Origin: Balanoglossus misakiensis
Taxonomy: Eukaryota; Animalia; Hemichordata
Direction: 5' to 3'
NCBI GenBank assembly: GCA_040954595.2
Contig: CM082583.2
Span: forward strand, 5,640,849-5,704,848
Length of the DNA: 64,000 bases
Below, in pieces: positions 40,301-53,800 of the stretch (position 1 is the stretch's first letter; each line of letters opens with the position of its first letter). Position numbers and translations under genes: made by a program. The notes beneath the pieces were generated by a model, which did no database searches, was not told the origin of the DNA, and worked only from the letters and a program-made list of their open reading frames with translations.

Positions 40301-42079
40301 GTGCAAGATGATGGTTTGTGCCAGTGGGGAATTGATAATTGTGGAATGGAACGTTTGCCTGTGTCAATCGCGGACGCAAGCTTTTCTTTCGATTTTTTTC
40401 AAGGAATACATGACCTTTTCTGCTTAAATGACAAAGAACCCGACCCCGGACTGTCAAACCTTGATGACAGTACCGGATACGCGGGGCTTTTTGATGACTT
40501 AACCCAGCGCAGTGTTGTTTACCACGACATCCTGGCTTATCAGGAGTGATCTTCGAATACAACATCTGCGCTGGCCGGATGATGAGTTATTCTGTCCTGT
40601 GTGTCTATGATGCCACAGAAAAGGAGCACATTAAGTAAGGATTAATGAAACGGGTATTTTGCACGGACATATACGCAGACACAATATAGACGCAGACCTT
40701 CCAAAACTGTTGTCTTCGACGGTTTTTTAAGAGGGCCACGCGAGTTGCCGCAGTAAGCCGCTTTTACTAATCCCCGCGAGAATAGATCAAACCCGCAGAC
40801 TGTTTATTAAAGTGCGTATATCACAATTTGATTGGGGAGCGGAATTCTCGCGAGTATGTCAGTTCCTTTCGGGGCGAACCCGATCCTAAATACTCATTTC
40901 CTATGACAAGGCCTGAGGAGAAATTTCACTAGCTTTATATACTATTAAGCAGCAACAGTCTTGTCACCACTCTTCAGCGCTCGGTAAGCTTATTAACGCC
41001 GAAGATGGAAATGTTATATTTCATCGAGAGAGCACTGGTGCATAGGGTACATGGGGAAATGAGGCAGCCAATCCATATGTCAAATGTTAGACAAGCTTCC
41101 ATAGGCCTACATCGATTGATTGGTGATCAATTAATCAATCGACCGATTGATCCAACGATTCTATCCTTCGATGGGTATTTATCATGGTACAGACAACCAA
41201 GTCATAAGATGGGCTTTGCTTAACATCGACCACGTGATCATGTAGAGATTATAGTGATCCATTCTCAGGTTTCGGCTGCTTCTGCGGTCAGAAAAGAGAA
41301 ATTTTAGAAAACAAGTCAAAGATCCCCGCAGACATCTTTATATTCCAATCCATTTTGGCAAACAGATTGGCTTAACTACTATGGCCAGGAGGTTCACGCT
41401 TAATCGTAAACTCACAAGCAGTTGTGAGATTTACGGCTTTAAAACTTGTCTTAATGCGAGCAATATATCTCCTTGAAAAGGCGAAATTTTACGAGGGTAA
41501 ACATTTCCCGGCGGGGGAAATATTAATTCGCTAATTCATTGTGGGCCGCACAGTCAGTCTTGCTTAAACGGAAAGAATTGCAAGATAGATTTGCGGTGAA
41601 AGTAAAAACTGACATGAGACATCTGCTGCAGGTTGATTTGTTGAAGTCCTTATTTTCGCTTTGACCTTTCTCGTATTATTGGCCTCGTGCGAACAGGGTG
41701 TCTGGGGAGACACTATAATAACCCGGGGTATTTGCGAACCACATTTTCTATCGCGCATAAACCAGTAGTTCATGTCCTATGAAATTCTGCAGGGTCTCAT
41801 TTCGCATAAATGATCCATCAACGACTCCTGAAAATCTCTCCCAGCGGTGCAAAAGTGAAATCCTAGGCATTATACAACTCACTTCCACGGTACAAAATAC
41901 AGCTCCAATTGAAATTGTTGACATTCCAAAGTTCATAGAATTGTGGAGAGATTAGCCAAACTGGCCCCTTGATCCACTACAAGCTATCGATGCTGTCACA
42001 CTGACGTATGAGGTGGCAAGTGAACATGTATGTAGTATGACTCTGCGTGCGACGATTTCTGCCTTTACTCCGTTTTCAG

Positions 42080-42105
42080 ATAGTTCACCATCCAGTCACA
42101 TGCAA
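42080..42105 (+). other. Candidate 26-nt microexon
   Basis: ctttactccgttttcAG acceptor and CAA|GTAAGT donor. Confidence 0.2.
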
Positions 42106-42996
42106 GTAAGTTAATTTTCCGAGGCTCTCGTACGATATCTTTGAAAGCAGCCATATACATGTACATTGTAAAATGATCTGCAATTTGAAATACATGTAAT
42201 GTCAAATAATCTTTCGTGTTGTGTTAATCTTATTCCCGGGCTTATGAAATGACACGTACATGTATTTAATTTTGTAATATTTATGATTCGGTACAAATCA
42301 ATGCAGGTGCTAGCTACACTAAGTTTTGTGCCAACGCTTCATCGCTAAGATGTCTGGGCTCGGAATCTCTCGAATCCATCGAACAGCCATGCTGTCGTGG
42401 CGTCCAGGTGAGGTTAGAAAGTCGGAGCCAAAGAACGATAAAGATATCTTTGTCTGAGATACTTTAGGTGGTAAAGGGCCATAAAATGTGCCTTTTACCC
42501 TTAACCACTGGCAGAGTGGTTTCGATTTCCCTTCCATAACACACTTCAGACGCCGCCTGTAGTATAAGTTGAAATTTGAATTCATGACAAGACAAAAATG
42601 AATTACATAGATACGTTTGAAGGCCCCGTACTTGAAAATCGCCTCGTATCCCCTAAGTCCCGGGAGTGTCCCTCGTATAGGTAGTGTTGGTAAATATATG
42701 TGACAGAGAGATTCGTCTTAATGCGGGTGTAATACGCCATTACGGAACTCACCTACTCAGCTGCAGTTTCAAGCGATATATCGCGGTGGTCCATATCTAT
42801 GCCTTCTGAGTGCCAATAAGCGCCTTTCCCCCCATCGTGGCGATTTCCCAGTGGAGTTGAGCCTCCACTCGCCGCTGTGCTAATCCAATGATGAAAAGTA
42901 TCGTTTTCTTCCCGAGCAGAGCATTTCAGCTTTTTTTACTGGCGCCGCGACGCACTGCCGTAAGTAGGCGAGTCAGCAGAAATAGTTCGTTTGATA

Positions 42997-43008
42997 TTTG
43001 GCGCCAAA
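42997..43008. promoter_or_regulatory. Palindromic E2F-type site TTTGGCGCCAAA
   Basis: Exact 12-bp palindrome beside a CpG-rich patch, upstream (minus strand) of a TAG|GTGAGT donor at ~42752. Confidence 0.25.
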
Positions 43009-43403
43009 AGAGTCAAGTTTTAGGTACATGTATGTGTGGGTGGCTGTCATAAAACATGTATAGATCGCCGATTTTGACAACCAGTTTATAGTATCGATAA
43101 AAAATGTCAATATTAATAAGGATAATCGTGGTGATCCGTCAAGATGTAAGCCAGACGGCGCTTAATACCGTGACGACACCAAGGCCCAGCATATGCGAAG
43201 GAGTGAAAAAAACTTGAGGCATTTAATTCGTTTATTTTTCTCATTTTTTGCCGACACTTAATGTGCCAATGGAGGCATCTTGTCGCGCTATTTGTGATGA
43301 TTTTTAGTTCCATGTCAAATTCTGAGAGATACGTATCTGCTTGTTACAGAAAATCTACATGAAGTCTATCGGTCAATTTGAGTGTGAAAATCGTCTTGGG
43401 GTG

Positions 43404-43437
43404 CAATACAATACAATACAATACAATACAATACAAT
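43404..43437. repeat. (CAATA)n pentanucleotide microsatellite
   Basis: Read directly. Confidence 0.95.
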
Positions 43438-46400
43438 CAATCGTTTATTGCGTTCCAAGGCCACCGGCCCATATGCGTCATATAGGCATATACCCAGTAA
43501 AAACCATATATATGTTCGATCATTGATTTGCATGTACATGTGTTTCCCGACATTTAACACTATTTTCCGAAACAGTATAAAAATAACGGCATATCAATGC
43601 AAGAAACGGTTTGAAGTACACACTTTTGCTCTATGTCTGGAAAGTCAATTTACAAGCCAAAGCAGGATACGGTATTACGTATTACAGAAATGGATGCCAC
43701 GACACACAAAAGACAGGATTTATTCATGAAAGAGCGCGTGAAACATCCCATTGATTACATTAAAGGCAACTATCGCAGCTGACTACATCGCGTACATTTT
43801 AAACATTTTATTTCTAGTGCGCGTGTTTTGTTGCATCCATTTGTCGTCATCATGTCAGAGCAAGTCAGTTTCCAATTTCCTGCTGGAGATTATAGTTCAA
43901 CCTGTTTACACAGCAAAGTTTGTTGTTTTTTCGGTATTTAATGTCTACAATAGACAAGGGGCAAATAGTCGGAACTGCTTTCAAAATCCACTGTGCGTAT
44001 TTACCAGTAATTGAAAAAAAGCAAACGGATAAATTGGCAGTGGGCGGCATTATGGGGAAAGGCTCATCATGGTCGGTAACATCAGAGAAATGTCTGTGTG
44101 TGTATATGTCGTTCCATTATCTCATAAAGCTCTAAAATTGCATCAGAAGAAAAGGGGGCTCGTAATTTTTCTGTCTCCACCGAATGGAAACATCAGTGGA
44201 TATGTACTGACTGCCCCAAGAGTTCCGAGGAAGCGGATTAACGTCAGTAAACTGACCCGGTGGGGTTCAAATGAAATGCCCGCGAACGAGGACACCCATA
44301 ATGCAGTTAGCCCTGTCGCAGAGAGTGCCGTGATGTAGGAACAGTCAGCTGCGGTGTCCAGTATCTGCTTTTTAGGACGCTGCACAGTTTCGAATCGGAT
44401 GAACAAAACACGCATTTGTCATTTAGTAGGGTTTATTATACAACAAATAATAGCAGGAATCATACATTAATTTGAAGGACAGAGGATCTGCAAAACATTT
44501 TCAAACCCCACATCCGATAGATAAATTATGTAGTTTGTCACCTTTTTCATTAAGCAGCAAATGGTACAACATTGAACATCTATCAAGTTTAGTCTCAAGG
44601 GTTACTTGTCATTGTAAAGTTCTAAGAACCAGTAGTGATATTATTGAAATCAGACAGAATGCTTTTCACCCGAAACCAGGAATCGTTTTTTAGTGATAAG
44701 AGGAGTACAGAGAGATTTCCCTGCCCTCTGTTTACCATGGAAACATGAATGGGGTGTGTACATTTGATGCTGGATAACGATAATGAAACACATGCCTTTG
44801 AGATATGGGAAGGTGAAAAGGGACAAATTCGAAGAGATGGGACAGGGATGGATTCAATCAACCAAAAATATTTTATACAATATTAAAATTCCCGGCGGAT
44901 ATCGTGATAGTCTGAATTGCTAACACGCCACGGGATAGCCATCATAAATGTATGACTGGTTCTTGTGGCGATAACAGTGTAGCATATCTTGCATGTCTCC
45001 AGAAGGTTATCATTTGAATGATTTCGACTACAGGAATCATTTGAGTGGCAAGGTCATTTTAAAAGGCGATGATTAGAATTAGGTGTTACCAATGGCACAT
45101 CCCCACCTAAAGGGCGGGTATCGATGATTAGTTTTTCGACGATGTCTGTGAATGAAATAGCAAATTGAAAACTCAACTATTCGGACACCTTGTTATGTAA
45201 GCGATGACCCCCCCCCCCCCCCCGGACGCAGCTGATCGTATCCGCGCCGTCTGCCTGTTGCTGGCTAGATTAGTTTTCCTACGATGTGATGGACTGTGAA
45301 GTTATATAACTGATGATGCCTAATTTCTGTCGGGGAAGATTAACTCCCCCGATCCCAATTTTGTAGGTGATGGCTTATGCAGCCACGTAAGTTGTAGGCA
45401 CCCAAGAAACTGTCGAAAGTTTACCCTGATATTCGCCTGTCTTTAACTACCATCCACAAGATGCTGTATACGTAGACGCTTAGTACCATACATGTATATT
45501 TGACAGATTGACTTTTCTTTTTTTTGGTTTCCCTGGTAATAGGATTACCTGCGTGGAGGATTAGGTAAACACCACAACAAACGTAAACTCTGGCGAGTCT
45601 GGCGCTTGATAGGGCATGATAGGAAACAATGCCCCCACGGGGGATATTGAGTGAAATATGGGATTGATTCACCGCGAATCATCGGCTGATCGAAATCTCC
45701 CGGCAGATATGAATTCGATTAGCGGAGATTGGCTGTCGTTAGCCTCTTTCCATTCGAGTAATTCTACATTACAGACTGTTAATTCTAGACAGGGAAATGT
45801 CAGCTTTACCTAAGATGGAACGGAGAATTATGTCCGAGAGTGGTATCTATCAGAGACTGTTTACAGACTATGGAAATCGCTAAATCAGTCTCACCCTCGG
45901 GCTCCATCTATCAAATAGACATTTAATGAAGTATTCCATACCTTGCCGGCGCGGCGTCACATCATGGAAATGGTAGCGTTTTTTTGCAGCTTGAAACATC
46001 AACGGCCGTGCATGTTAGCCCTCGGGCGGCTACGTCTTGACGTATTAATCTCGTGAATCAAAACCTCCAAAGAAGAGAGAGAAAAAAAGTAACTGTAAAA
46101 GACATATTGGCATTTTCGTCATTAAGCGATATCAAATACGATTGCTCACGAATGATTGGTAAAAGATCAGTTTCGTGGTTATTATGGAACGGAATATTAG
46201 GACTTGAACGATGGTCAATTACTACTGTTAGTCATAATTTTCAAATGCTCCCCGCCTTGAAATTGATTAATTAACATCCAGCAGTTCCTTAAATACACGT
46301 AACCAAAGCGGCGCTTTTGGGGCACGCCATACTGCTAAGAAATTGGAGGCGTTTGCTTTTTGGATAAGACAGTGGCTCTTGCAAAATGTGACAGTGCTGC

Positions 46401-46968
46401 TAAAAGCCTATAGTACGCTTCCTGCTTCCTGTAGAATCAATTAGACATGCGCAGTTTGAAATCGAAACGACATCGAAAGCCAGAAATGAAATCGAAGATT
46501 TTTTGAACTTAGGTTTCCGAAAACCAAACCAAATTATTATCTTATATCGGCAGCGATGACCTTAGTCTTGCTCTTAAGAAGGCGTGATTGTTTTACCTTT
46601 GCAAGTATTCATATGCAGTTGAAGTTGATTTTCAAGGACAAGTGTGGTCATGCATGCGTAATCGCACAATTTTCTAGTTAATGCAATGATTGCAAATCGC
46701 AGCCAGCATTGATATTGTCACACTAGGGTTACTTGGAAATTATTTTTCAAGCATCTTTGCCATTACGACATTATGCCTTGGGTTTGGGTGCACCCCATGG
46801 TTGGCACGCCGTTTCCCTTCAGAGGCTGACCCCCGATCCTTTTTTTGAATTGTTGGAGAGGTGTTACCTGTAAAACATGGAAAAATTCTATCACTGTGGT
46901 TGTATTTAACACGGGCTATTGTGGGTGGGACTGCCTCACCAATATGTACTTGAATGTATCATATACCT

Positions 46969-46996
46969 TGTGTATGTGTATGTGTATGTGTATGTG
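46969..46996. repeat. (TGTGTA)n hexanucleotide repeat
   Basis: Read directly. Confidence 0.9.
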
Positions 46997-47341
46997 GCAT
47001 CCTCATAACTGACCTTGGTTACATTGTAACTGTTCTTGCTGTCAGTCTCAGCTACTGTACTGTGTAAGGGATTCCTGGGTTTGGATTTGGAATTTGAGAT
47101 TTTAATTGAGCATATATACACTCCATCTCTCCGACCCAGAAACCAAGGCTTAGCGGTAGTGTATATCGATATCGCCGTCTAATGCATGGTAACCTACACC
47201 TCGTGATCTCTAAAAGCTATACCAAGAAACGCAAGAGCCGAATATTGACGTGGCTCCCAGCTACATTACATAGGGAGATACAGATTGCAATATACAGTCA
47301 CTGAATATTGTATTTGAGTTCAGCCTGACCGGTTTTCTTAC

Positions 47342-47486
47342 TTGACAGATTGTTCGATCCTTCGGTGGGACTATCAGGTCGTCACGTATGGTCGGCCACG
47401 TAAAATATTGTCGAAAAAGGTGGTCTGTTACTAATATTCACAGTATTAGTAAACATCAAATCACCCGTCGGGATTTTCCGCACCAC
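47342..47486 (-). other. Candidate non-coding exon (145 nt)
   Basis: tgttttatttcgtttgcAG acceptor, CAA|GTAAGA donor; stops in all three frames. Confidence 0.25.
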
Positions 47487-47772
47487 CTGCAAACGAAATA
47501 AAACATCCCTTGAGATAAATGAGTCGGGATGTGGAACGAACACTTAATCTGTCTGATTGTTTGACCTATTAGCCTTCAACACCAGGGCGACGTTTTGAGT
47601 AATGGTCGAGATGATGGCCCGCCCCGAAAAATCAGATGTATTGAGTCTGTTTTGTGTTATTCGCAATGCAGTCAAAGGTTAGGTACAGGAAATAATGAAT
47701 AGACAACACTCTGGAAATAGTATCACTAGCACCGAGTTACAGTGAGCAGAAGAACTGAGTCTGGGAATAACA

Positions 47773-47891
47773 TATTTCAGTTATTTTTATATCAGCCGCG
47801 CACTCGAGGACATACATTCAAACAATTAAACTCTTTGCCATGGAAAGTTCGCATAACAAATTGTCAGCTGTTTCAAGTAAAAGCAATGGAC
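47773..47891 (+). mobile_element. CR1-clade LINE 3'-end relic (ORF2 C-terminus, internally deleted)
   Basis: RTRGHTFK and LNSLPWKV match the CR1 ORF2 C-terminal motifs TRGHxxKL and WNxLPxxV in the correct order. Confidence 0.5.
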
Positions 47892-50800
47892 CCATCAAAT
47901 AAACATTTGTCCACGGCGTCTCAAATATGCGTAACGCGATATCATTTCCATGTCACGCGACCGGGCAGCGGCGCGGCAACGGAAGCTTCCAACATCATGT
48001 CACGTGTTGTGTTGGACTCGCAGACGTGAAAGGGTATGATGGTTTTTACACCAGTCGTGTCTGTGTGGTTGTGTACACGAACGGCTTCACATTGTCGCCG
48101 GTGTATTTCTCTGACTGCGGGGCCTTGTCGTTCGCCCAGTCTTTAAACTTTCAAACTGTGTCGTTCCTCAAGTGCCAAAAGAATTCCACATTTTTGCAGC
48201 GGATCGTTCTTGTGACTTTAACCGTGTATTTACCTCTTCGGTTCTTCTCGTTGCAGACGTTTGGTTCATGAAGGAGTGAAGGCACTCGCTTTTTGGTGCA
48301 ACATAGGAAGATTTCTGGGTCTAAAGCGGTACCCTTGGACAACTTTATTCCATACACAACCTCTCACGACCAGATTGAAATAGGCTTATTGAAGAACGAG
48401 TGAACAACCATTTCTTAATATTTGGTAAGTTGCCGTTTACTACCTTCCTGTCACCGCCCGATTTGTCACTATCCACGCATTTGAGAAACGATTTCGGTCA
48501 TGTTTGCTCAAGCATTGAATGCGCATGTGTACGTACGTGCGTATGGTATATACATCCATAACCAATGCTCGACTACGTGCAACCCGGCGAATACGCTAGC
48601 TGCTACTTGCTGGGCTACGTGAAGTACACGTCACCATGGCGACAGATTCTTAGACTACGAAAATCAAATCGGAAAGCCGGCACAAGCAAATCAATTCTGT
48701 ATCGCGCTTGAACAAGTCCTCAAGCGCTGCTGAACTAAAGTGCGACGCGTCTCTCGCATATATGTTTAGGCCTCTCATTCGCCAATCAGTAAACCATAAC
48801 AATTTCCTAACGCTTTAGACTATGTCAAAATGTATTTTAAAAATCAGTCTTTTAGATTGCATCGTGTTTATTCAAAGAGAAGTCTGTCCGTGATATCCAT
48901 AAATATGGTCGGATTTATTTCCGTTTTCAGACTAAAAGGCAGTAAATATGTATGAGTAGAATCGCAAGTGTCTCTTCCAGGCGCTCGCCAGAAAGAGCTT
49001 TAAAAACACAATTTTACTCTTCTTAAACCGATTTAAACTATTTTATGAGAACTCTCTGGCCACGCCATGAATAAACCATGTGTAAAAATGTTCCGACAAA
49101 GCGGAGGTGAAGCACCCCACCCACGGGTTTAAAGTAACTAACTATTATCAAAAGAATATATGCATCATATATCATAATTTATGCAAACACAAAGTCGAAT
49201 TGAGTAATTGTTCTTTATCCCCTTTCACTCTCTGCAGTTTATGCTCATTAATACGTTCTGTATATAAAAACTTAATCACATTTCTTGGTTATTTTGTTGA
49301 ACATTCAAAGCCTGAAATCAAATGCACCTTTACAACTTTCAAGAAGTCCAGTGCATTTATAAATATGTAAGGGATCCTGAACAATCTATATATACAGTGT
49401 GTTATCAGATTACCAAGACATTTGCGACACTGCAGTTTGTGAGTTGGGTGTACCTCTTTCTGTCTTTCACACCCTCTTGAGAAACTTCCAAACGCGCTCG
49501 GACACGTCCACTGGTGAACTTAATTTACTCAAAACCATTACGTTGGCGATACACTGCACGAAAGCTGTGCCATTCGCGGATTAACCGAATTCTTCTTCTT
49601 TAGAAAACCAATTGGTTGATTGTCCCTCTTGTATTTTAGCACTCCCTCCAGTGTGTTGCCAGCTTGCGTTTCGCACGTCATCCAAATTGGGGCTTAAAGT
49701 CGGTCAGGGTCATTCTAATCGTCAACTGCCATGTTCGAATTCTTCAGAGGGATTGTAATACGGATTACATTTGAGGAATTTCGATCACTCAATGAGTTTG
49801 TTCTCATGGGGTAACATTTGGATAATGGACTCTTTACGTATAGGTACTGCGTATACTTATGCCACATAAAACTGGGACATAGACTCTCAGATACAAAAAT
49901 TGAACTCATCATTGATTGAAACTGAAGTTATCCATGGTGTATTTGGTAAAATTAGTCTACTGGACTCGCCGGCACCAGTTAAAGACAAGACAAGACAATC
50001 AAATGATTTTGATTAGCTGTAGTCGGTGGACAAATACCCAACCGCAAGCGTCACTAGTGTAATTATTAATCATCGCTTGAATAGTTTTCAAGCGTACACC
50101 TATACATGTACGTGTACGCACAAGGAAACGCCAGCGCTAGGTTTGTCTGGTTTATCCGGGAGATCGAGAACACCCTTTCAGATAAGAATCCCTACGCAAA
50201 CACGTGCACGATTATTCTTTATTTCCCATTCAAACAGTGAGAATGAATCCGCTTGACGTTAAAAAGATGTTCCCGATACAATTCACAGGATTCGATAATC
50301 GTATACGCTCGTATGTTTTGATTCTCAATACCCCTTTAGACAATGCGGATGTTTCAGCTCGCCTCTTTCCTTAGTTTTGACGCGCATAGTATTGATTTTG
50401 CTGATTCTTTTCAGTATAAAAATCGTTTGATGTAATATTATACCGACTTTTCTTTCATAATTTTTACGCAATTTAATATAGGAGGTAGCTACATCGGGCG
50501 ATGCTGCTAACACGCGTAATTGGCTTGTCGGGTTTCTAATTTTCTCGCTCGTTATCTTCAAAGACTTTGCGACAATGGGCAAAATAATAAGCTTCGAGCT
50601 TTTCTTTCTTCCGAGAACGGTTTAACTTGAGCATAATCAACAGATTCGTTCAATTGTCATTTCATTTTTTTCTGCTCGATTGATCTTGCTTCTGTCAGTG
50701 GCTGTCAGATGTTATTTAAAGAATCAGAATCAGTCGACTCACCGCAACACATCAAAGCTTGTGCACTTTTGGTTCGTTTTATACGTCATTAATATTTGAT

Positions 50801-53800
50801 GGGGATTTTCACATAGAGCGTGGAAAAATTAAATTAACTCTAACGTTACACTTCAACTTACAATAGCCGGTTCTCTTCAAGGAACTGTTAGATTCATATT
50901 TTTTTCAATAGTGGGATTCGTGTAGGTTAAATCATTGCATACTGGTCATTTGAGAACATCTGTCTGTTTATCGTAATCCATTGTTGCGATCGCAAGATTA
51001 GAATCCCTCTGTACATGAAGCAAGAGACGTCATGCAATTCGCGGCTCGGAAGGTCAAGGGGTGAAGTCATCGACACGGCAAATTTGTAGCTTTCTAAATA
51101 GAATCTGCAAATGCGAAAAGGAATAATGATGTAAATTGTGCCGACTGTCACAAAGCTACACGCACCCTGGTTTTGACGGCCTTGTCATCACTGTGTCACC
51201 TACAGAGTTGACCTGATCGGTCACCTGATAGGAATTTTGTCGCGTCGAGACACTCTCTTGTTTTTTCCCCAACCTGATAATCGGCATATACGCGTATATG
51301 TATTGCCACATAGACTATAAGACAACCATGAGCAGCGCGAGAATGATACTGGGTGAGCTCATATTGCGTTTTATAACCATTCTTCTGATTGGCCAATTTG
51401 TCTGTGAAGCCAGACTAACAACCACGTCTGTACCACGTACCATTCTCGAGAGCCAGACGTCGACCTCTTCTTCGCGAAAAAAAAGATCTGGCAGATACAT
51501 TTTAATAATAGGACATTTAAATTTTCATGAACAAATCCATAATTTATTTTTTAAAATGTCTTCTGCACTGCGTATGTTTACTGTCACGAGACGCCCTTTC
51601 TGATTGGCTTAGTTGCATTTCCCCTGAAACTTCCACGAATGTCTGCCAAATCCATTACGGCCTCAGCCTTTGCAAGGTGCCTACACTTGAACACTAAACG
51701 CGCCACTTAATCTACTGTATAATTTACAATGTGTGTTTTAACGTTGACCTTGATCTTTCAATTAGAGACGAAAAGAAGCAACCCTGGAAAGTACATGAGA
51801 TGCGATGAATTATTAGTCTACCAGTAATTGCCTCTCTCAGGATTATCATCGTATGAAACATAAAACATTCATATATGTACCTCCCATCGGATGTGTTATT
51901 TACACCACACGGAATACACGTCATGTAAGAAATGTTGTGATGTATTTATCAGGCCATAGGGCAAAGTCTGCGTTATTTCTGAAGGTAGGAACGTTCCCAG
52001 CGTCGTTACATCTCTCTCGGTGGTGAAAAAGTATTACAAGGAAACCTTTGCCCGTTGTGTACATGTTAATCCGTTTGGTGCAGATAGGCAACTTAATGTA
52101 CTCTGAAAATGAACGTCCGTGCAGCCATGGCAATTTTTCAATCAAAGATGAAAGAAACAGCCCAGTTGATAACGGAGGTATTATATCACTCTACCAATCA
52201 TGGGAACGTGCTGTAAATTCGGTTCGTTTTGTATTGCTGCGTGCTCGGGAGCACTCGTTCGAGACAACAAATCAAAATGCTCTCTGTCAAGCCCTGGAAT
52301 GCGCCTGCCCTATCCTCGCCCACCTCGTTTTCAGTGCTCGAAGTTTACTTCATGCATATTCATATCCATACATATGTACGTTGAAGATGTCGCGTTAGAC
52401 TACGTCTACCTGAGCAAGCTACATGTACATTCTACCGATTATTAATATTGTTTTTGTGGGACATCTTTCGTTCTGTGGGAACTGACCCGTGGGACTTCGG
52501 TCTCAGGTGCTGCTGAAGTTTATTCACGCGCAATTTGTTCAGGTTATGCAAGAATATTGCACAATGACGTGCGTAGGCCCAGTTGACTTAGCAACCACTG
52601 TATAGAAACGGGGAAGTGTGCCGGGTGTCCGTAAGGTACGTACATGTACTTCTGAAAACATATTATTCATTAATTGCGCATGAGAAAAATATCTTTCGCT
52701 GCACCTTTAGGTTGAACGCTGTTCAGAGGCTGATAAAATTATTTTACAGTGTTTTTGTTCTGTGTGTCAAATACGATATATTTCCAGTACAGTATTTCTA
52801 CTTCTGATCGTTAACATCGATCTTTTGTTATGAAAACTTACTCCTGTCTGACGAAGAAACTTTCAACGTAGGAACTTCTATTCCGACTCATGATGCATGG
52901 CCTTCGCTGTCGTTTCAGCTGATGCTAGGGAAATTTTAACACGACAGGCATGACACGAGTACATTTAAAAAACTATAGAACAATGTGACAACATCAGATT
53001 CCCCGTCGCCGGCATTCTTGACAGAGCCGGTAATCTCTGACATGGCCGTGTGTCGTTTCCAGTGGTGTAACCCTGCTATCGGAGTTCGAAATTAACTGTG
53101 CAACGGGGGGGGGGGGTATCAGAATGTAGTGTCTCTTGTCAGCCCGTATAGAGCCGTGTGTTTTGCTAATTTGATGTCAGCATGTAGTCTGTTGGAGCTG
53201 TCATAAGGAATCACTCAGGACAAGCGTGTCCAAGATACAAATCAGACAATTATACAGAAGATGGATGTTAGTGTAGTGCTCTGAAAAGTTTCGCGTAAAA
53301 TAGTGCCATTATGAAAATACTTCTGATTGCTCCCCTAAAATCATAACGGTCACTGTCGTAGAAGATAGTAAATAGTAACATGGGTAATTCACTTTGTTGA
53401 TATAATCTATTTAGGTTCTTTTAAAGCAAACAATAGGCCTACAAATGAATGGCTGATTGCAACCATCAATCTTAGCCTGTGTCTGGTTTATACTCATACA
53501 GGCGCAAATCACCCATATAAAGGCTGAAGGTAACGGGGTAGTGTTTACAATGAGTAAAATAGAGAGGTGACGTAATATGAGCATCAAATGAAAAAAATCG
53601 GGACTCAAGATTAAAATACCGTCAATGTATATATGCTTGGTTGTTGTTTTTCAGATGGTATTTTTTTTGCATGGCTACCTATAGACATTTACCACAGTTT
53701 GTCTACGGTTGTTGACTTTGTTGTCGTGCCTACCTTTGACCAATTAGACCCTATAGAGAGTAATTTTGACCAATTGTTCGCTCCGATACTTAGTATCTTC

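Noticed and set aside
40560-40610. LRWPDDELFCPVCL resembles an IS1595 zinc ribbon or a RING start
   Set aside because: Immediately followed by a stop, with no second Cys pair or DDE domain.
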